From positions 1 to 11,428 of the forward strand of contig JBHLRQ010000097.1 of assembly GCA_048882385.1 (NCBI GenBank): DNA of 11,428 nucleotides. Reading direction: 5' to 3'. Made by a program: the position numbers and the translations under genes. The DNA comes from Candidatus Thorarchaeota archaeon (GTDB taxonomy: Archaea > Asgardarchaeota > Thorarchaeia > Thorarchaeales > Thorarchaeaceae). This document shows positions 7,368 to 11,428 of this stretch, in pieces (within the stretch, counting starts at the first letter, position 1; every line of letters begins with the position of its first letter). The notes under the pieces were generated by a model. The model did no database searches and had not been told where the DNA came from. It saw only the letters and a program-made list of their open reading frames with translations.

Positions 7368-7398
7368 GGTGCTGCGAGAGCAGCACCACTCCTTATTT
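7368..7398 (+). terminator. GC-rich hairpin with GNRA tetraloop after the vWA gene
   Basis: GGTGCTGC-GAGA-GCAGCACC (perfect 8-bp stem, 7368-7387) begins 8 nt after the TAA and is followed by ACTCCTTATTT. Confidence 0.65.
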
Positions 7399-7480
7399 GT
7401 AGGATTGAAACTTCTCCAGAATCTAAAGACTCTGAAGAGAGCATTAATCTCAATCCAATCTTTTTTCTGTGCTTGGTCTT

Positions 7481-10400
7481 TCACTCGTCTTCGATGTCAC
7501 TTTTCGTGGATCCCATTTCTTCGAGTTCAACAAGAGCTTCAAGTTGATCCTTTGATAGCTTTTTCAGCTCCGCGAGTCCAACTGATTTCTTAACCTTGTC
7601 AGGAAGAAGGTCCATAAGCTCTTTCTTAGTGAGATTTCGTCCTGTTGTTGACTTTTCCATTTCATCTTCTGGCTCTGGTTCGATTTCGTCTTCAACAGGA
7701 AACATTTCAATGTCTGCTGAATCAGACTCTGATTCAGATTCATAGTATGGTTCCACATCCAAGGAAGTATCAGTATCTATCTCTGCATCAGCAATCTCGA
7801 CTAGTGTTCTGTCTTCACGATGTTTTTCTCGTCGACTCATAGACACATTTGAAATGCCCTTTGCCATCTTGGAGGAAACGTACGGAACAACCACCAAGAA
7901 TACCACAGGCATTAACACAATGACTCCAAGAGAATAGCTCTTCAGGAAATCCATGGTTAGTACAGATGTTCCCGCTAGAACAACGAGGAACATGAAGAAT
8001 TTGGTACGTATTGACGAGCCAAGCTTTTCTACTAGATCCACACATTCCTGTTCCACAACAATCGGAGGTGTGCCAAGAACGGCCATTTCCTTAATTCGTG
8101 AAAGTCCCTTGCTTATCTCTCTATAGAGATTAACGACAACAATCACAATGGATGAAATATAAGCTGCGAATATTGTTAGCATTATAGTTGGAACTACGAG
8201 TTCACCTAGGTGGAACACATTCTGTAATACGTAGTAATCGAGCCATTCAATGTATTGTCCCCATTCGAATATCTGAATGATAACAAGTGGTACGAATACC
8301 AAGTGCCAGAGACCAAGAATCATTCTCCTCCTGCTAACATCCTGTGACTGGAGAATGGTTGAGGTCGCATCTCTGTACAGCCAAATGCCATAGAGAATCA
8401 GCGAAATTCCAAGTAGCAAGACACTCTCAAGGACCGCGAGACTATAATCACCAGATCCTGCGGATACATAAGAATGGACAAGTGTCAGTCCAGCTAGTCC
8501 AACAACACCGAGATACAGATAATCCAGTCTTCTAATTCCCCGTATAAGTTGCTCTTGAGACCCTCTTGTGATGGATAGTCCAGATGCGATCTTAAAGTAT
8601 AGTAGTAGTCCAATGAAGCTTACAAGAAATGATCCGAGTGCTAAAATTCCAAAGTTCTCCATGTTAAGAGATAGCTGAGGCGCTGGTACGATGACAAATG
8701 CAGGAACACTTCCTACTCCTTCAATGCACGTCACACCTTCTGCACTGACCACAATAATGTCTTCACCAAATCCTGCTCCGGTTACAATGAAACTAGCGAA
8801 GTAAGTTCCTTTTTGTGATGTTTCAAATGCCATTTCTGTATGATTGCGAAATGTAACTGAAACAGAAAGACCAGACATTGGATTCCCATATTTGTCAGTA
8901 ATTTCAACAGTGATGTTTACAAGTTCTCCTTTAACAGGTTGTTCAGGTGAATATTCAATATTGAACCGCAGTTCTGCAAGTATCTCAATAGACCCTCGAA
9001 TTGTGGCGTCTTGAGATAAGAAACTATGCGTCACCATCAAGGTGTAATTGAATAAACCTGCTTCCCAACCATCGGTTGATACCAATATCGAGTACGTGCC
9101 ATTATCAAGGTCATTCAGGATATAGAAGGAATCATGAATAAGGACTGAAACTGAACCTCCAACCATAACATTGCCTAACATATCCTCAAGGTATAATGCA
9201 AAGAGAACATCTTCTGTACCTTGAATATATTGACTTTCGTTGAGTGGAGATAGCACAGATGTGACGGTATCGCTTCGTACATTTACATCTACGGTCTTAT
9301 TGGCAGATGGAAAATGAACTCCTGATACAGTAACATTGAGAACATAAAGTCCAGGAACAAGGTCTGGAAGTATTTTCCAAGATTTCAGGGAAGATGAAGA
9401 TGTTCCTGATATACTATAAACTCCGCCAAAATCAAAGATGTAATCATATACATAGATTGGATTACCCCATTGGTCAACGACGCTGATGTCAAAGGTTACA
9501 TTTTGGTAATTCAATACAATAATTGGATTGACTACCACAGTGATTTCAGCACTTCCAGTTATTGAAAAGTGCACATATGCTGTATATGTATCCATAAACC
9601 CTTGTGAAGCTGTTATTTTTGCAGTGTATTCTCCAAGCGGCAATTGTGTCGTTGCAATAGTCACAGTATAGATTCCTGGAGATGTTTCTGTCAAAGCGAA
9701 AGTGCTACCAAGTAGATCAAGTTCAACATCAGCTCCAGTTATGTTGAAGAATAGCTCATCCTGTACATGCACACTGAATTGAATTGGAGCTCCTTGTGAA
9801 TAGGCGGAATAGTCTGTAGGTGTGAGTATACTAGCAGAAACAACTCCCTGAACATCAATACTGAAGTTAAATGTTGAATGCAGTAGATATGTTCCATTCA
9901 ACGACATGTTTAGGAAGTACTTACCTGGAGTGAAGCTAGGATCTACAGTCCAAGAGAGACGATAGGAAACTGCAGTTCCAGTCTGATTATATACTCCTGC
10001 AAAATCCAATGTATAGTTAAAGCCTGACAATGGATTTCCATATTGGTCAGTCACTGTGAAATTGAACGTTACATCGTTTTTGTTTTGTACAGGGAATGGA
10101 GAATATGATAGCTTCACATCTGCATAGCCCTCTAATGACAAAATCATCGAAACTTCTTGAGTGTCGAGATAAGTGTGAATCACCCTGATTAGTGGGTTAT
10201 ACTGCCCTAATGGAAATCCTGCTGTTGGAATGTTCCTGGAGTATATTCCTGGAGCGCCTTCAGTCAGAGCATAGCTACTCCCATGAATTGTAACACTTAC
10301 TTGGCAACCGGATATATCGTAACCGCTCCAATCTTCTACAAAAACTGTGAAGTTAATTTGATCACCTTGAGCAATTATTGAGCTATTTAATGGTGATAGG

Positions 10401-11428
10401 ATACTTGTATTAGGAGACCCCCTCACATCTACCCATATTGTATATTCATAATGAGCAAGAAAGTCACCATCAATTATGATATCAAGAGGATATGATGAGG
10501 GATAGAGATCTGGTAAGAATTGCCAACTAAGTTCATACCAGTCAGATGTACCCGACTTGGAATAGACTCCTGCAAAACTAAGAGAATAATCAAAACCCGA
10601 CAATGGGTTTCCATATATGTCAATAACTGCGAAATACATTGTTACATTCTGATGGTTCCAAACAAGCTCTGGTATTTCGGCATCAACTGCTGCTTGACCA
10701 TTGACCGTCAGAATCGTATGGAAATCTGCCTCAATCAAGTATGGATGGTCTGCGTATACAATTAATGAATAATTACTTGGAGAATATCCATCTGTGTCTA
10801 AGGTTACAGAATAGGTTCCGTCCCAATTGTCAATAAACGCTAGACTTCCGGGACTTAACATGGTAACAGTTGCACCAGAAACTGGGGTTCCCATCCAATC
10901 TGCAAGTGTAAGCGTGAGATATGTTGAATCTCCTTGATTTAAGACCCACCCGAGAGACGAATCAAGATTCATGCTTGCCATTGAATATACATAGAGATCA
11001 TGATAATCCAACCTCGAGTTACCGAAATCAGATCCAACATAGACCACAAAGCTCTGTAGGCCGATAGCCAAAGATGCATTTAGTTCAATGCTGAATTCAG
11101 CACCTGAAATATAGAGAGCTGTGAAATTACTTCCATCAAGTTCTACAGTAGCCCAAGCGCCATCAGGAAATGCACCATATGAATCATAGATGAATATGGA
11201 AACTGTGAAGTTTGACCCTCCATTAACGGAAGAGGCATAATTGACTACGGGATAGAGGTCTCCTGTGACCACCATAGAAAATTCACCGAAATTCCTTCCT
11301 TCAACAAAAGGATGTTCAACAGTGATTTTTGCCGTGTAATTTCCAACAGGTAGAGCTGCTGTAGTATTTAGCTGATATTTTCCAAGCTGGATTTCGCTAA
11401 GTGAGAATTCAGTTCCATCAAAACTAAT
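7481..11428 (-). CDS. Giant cell-surface glycoprotein: tandem Ig-like modules, ~7-TM membrane domain and acidic cytoplasmic tail (5'-partial, >1315 aa)
   Basis: The frame stays open for 51 more codons upstream of ATG 11275 to the window edge (ISFDGTEFSLSEIQLGKYQLNTTAALPVGNYTAKITVEHPF...). It has repeated 'D.YGNP.SG' and 'G.Y...I.T..L.G.Y' beta-sandwich motifs, many N-x-S/T sequons, and seven hydrophobic segments at 7877-8653. Confidence 0.88.
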   Translation of the reverse strand: MSFDGTEFSLSEIQLGKYQLNTTAALPVGNYTAKITVEHPFVEGRNFGEFSMVVTGDLYPVVNYASSVNGGSNFTVSIFIYDSYGAFPDGAWATVELDGSNFTALYISGAEFSIELNASLAIGLQSFVVYVGSDFGNSRLDYHDLYVYSMASMNLDSSLGWVLNQGDSTYLTLTLADWMGTPVSGATVTMLSPGSLAFIDNWDGTYSVTLDTDGYSPSNYSLIVYADHPYLIEADFHTILTVNGQAAVDAEIPELVWNHQNVTMYFAVIDIYGNPLSGFDYSLSFAGVYSKSGTSDWYELSWQFLPDLYPSSYPLDIIIDGDFLAHYEYTIWVDVRGSPNTSILSPLNSSIIAQGDQINFTVFVEDWSGYDISGCQVSVTIHGSSYALTEGAPGIYSRNIPTAGFPLGQYNPLIRVIHTYLDTQEVSMILSLEGYADVKLSYSPFPVQNKNDVTFNFTVTDQYGNPLSGFNYTLDFAGVYNQTGTAVSYRLSWTVDPSFTPGKYFLNMSLNGTYLLHSTFNFSIDVQGVVSASILTPTDYSAYSQGAPIQFSVHVQDELFFNITGADVELDLLGSTFALTETSPGIYTVTIATTQLPLGEYTAKITASQGFMDTYTAYVHFSITGSAEITVVVNPIIVLNYQNVTFDISVVDQWGNPIYVYDYIFDFGGVYSISGTSSSSLKSWKILPDLVPGLYVLNVTVSGVHFPSANKTVDVNVRSDTVTSVLSPLNESQYIQGTEDVLFALYLEDMLGNVMVGGSVSVLIHDSFYILNDLDNGTYSILVSTDGWEAGLFNYTLMVTHSFLSQDATIRGSIEILAELRFNIEYSPEQPVKGELVNITVEITDKYGNPMSGLSVSVTFRNHTEMAFETSQKGTYFASFIVTGAGFGEDIIVVSAEGVTCIEGVGSVPAFVIVPAPQLSLNMENFGILALGSFLVSFIGLLLYFKIASGLSITRGSQEQLIRGIRRLDYLYLGVVGLAGLTLVHSYVSAGSGDYSLAVLESVLLLGISLILYGIWLYRDATSTILQSQDVSRRRMILGLWHLVFVPLVIIQIFEWGQYIEWLDYYVLQNVFHLGELVVPTIMLTIFAAYISSIVIVVVNLYREISKGLSRIKEMAVLGTPPIVVEQECVDLVEKLGSSIRTKFFMFLVVLAGTSVLTMDFLKSYSLGVIVLMPVVFLVVVPYVSSKMAKGISNVSMSRREKHREDRTLVEIADAEIDTDTSLDVEPYYESESESDSADIEMFPVEDEIEPEPEDEMEKSTTGRNLTKKELMDLLPDKVKKSVGLAELKKLSKDQLEALVELEEMGSTKSDIEDE
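8975..10696 (-). repeat. Three tandem ~191-aa A/B Ig-like module pairs within the giant surface protein
   Basis: The Asp codons of DIYGNPLSGF, DQYGNPLSGF and DQWGNPIY start at 10621, 10048 and 9475 (spacing exactly 573 nt twice). Diverged copies lie at 11185 (DSYGAFP) and 8896 (DKYGNPMSG). B modules begin 'SILSPLN/SILTPTD/SVLSPLN...QG'. Confidence 0.8.

Noticed and set aside
7017-7484. 155-aa minus-strand ORF and the other short overlapping ORFs in the track (e.g. 2..310, 767..1027, 2736..3107, 6137..6463, 7369..7593)
   Set aside because: These are antisense or off-frame shadows of well-supported genes, with atypical composition and no recognisable motifs.
7877-8653. Microbial rhodopsin or bona fide GPCR assignment for the 7TM domain
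   Set aside because: There is no DxxxK retinal lysine in TM7. 'LYRD' and 'VVPY' only loosely echo DRY and NPxxY. Only the architectural analogy is kept.
8975-10696. CRISPR array or DGR-like template/variable repeat
   Set aside because: The periodicity is protein-level with highly diverged DNA. There are no near-identical repeats, adenine-specific mismatches, reverse transcriptase or cas genes.
6466-11428. Operon of vWA and the giant surface protein (integrin-like pair)
   Set aside because: The genes are convergent with a terminator hairpin between them, and the vWA protein lacks a signal peptide, so it is unlikely to be an extracellular I-domain partner.

Overview
Gene-dense, AT-rich archaeal-type window. 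Archaeal BRE/TATA signals, oligo-T terminators, N-glycosylation-rich surface proteins and the protein style suggest an Asgard (Thorarchaeia-like) origin, which is inference only. It holds eight credible CDSs: a 5'-truncated FtsX/MacB-type ABC permease, a membrane-anchored EB_dh/DOMON-like protein, a PadR wHTH fused to a degenerate methyltransferase-like domain, NH3-dependent NAD synthetase (nadE), a polytopic membrane protein, an alpha/beta hydrolase, a stand-alone vWA protein of the VwkA/fungal type, and a 5'-truncated giant surface protein. The giant protein is the most striking feature. It has an ectodomain of alternating ~95-aa Ig-like modules (573-nt period), about 7 predicted TM helices with N-out/C-in topology, and an acidic cytoplasmic tail ending in a small helical module, an adhesion-receptor (adhesion-GPCR-like) layout. 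Three intergenic hairpins share a downstream CAYTC-(C)TTWTTT motif, suggesting a lineage-specific terminator. I saw no rRNA, tRNA, CRISPR array or mobile element.
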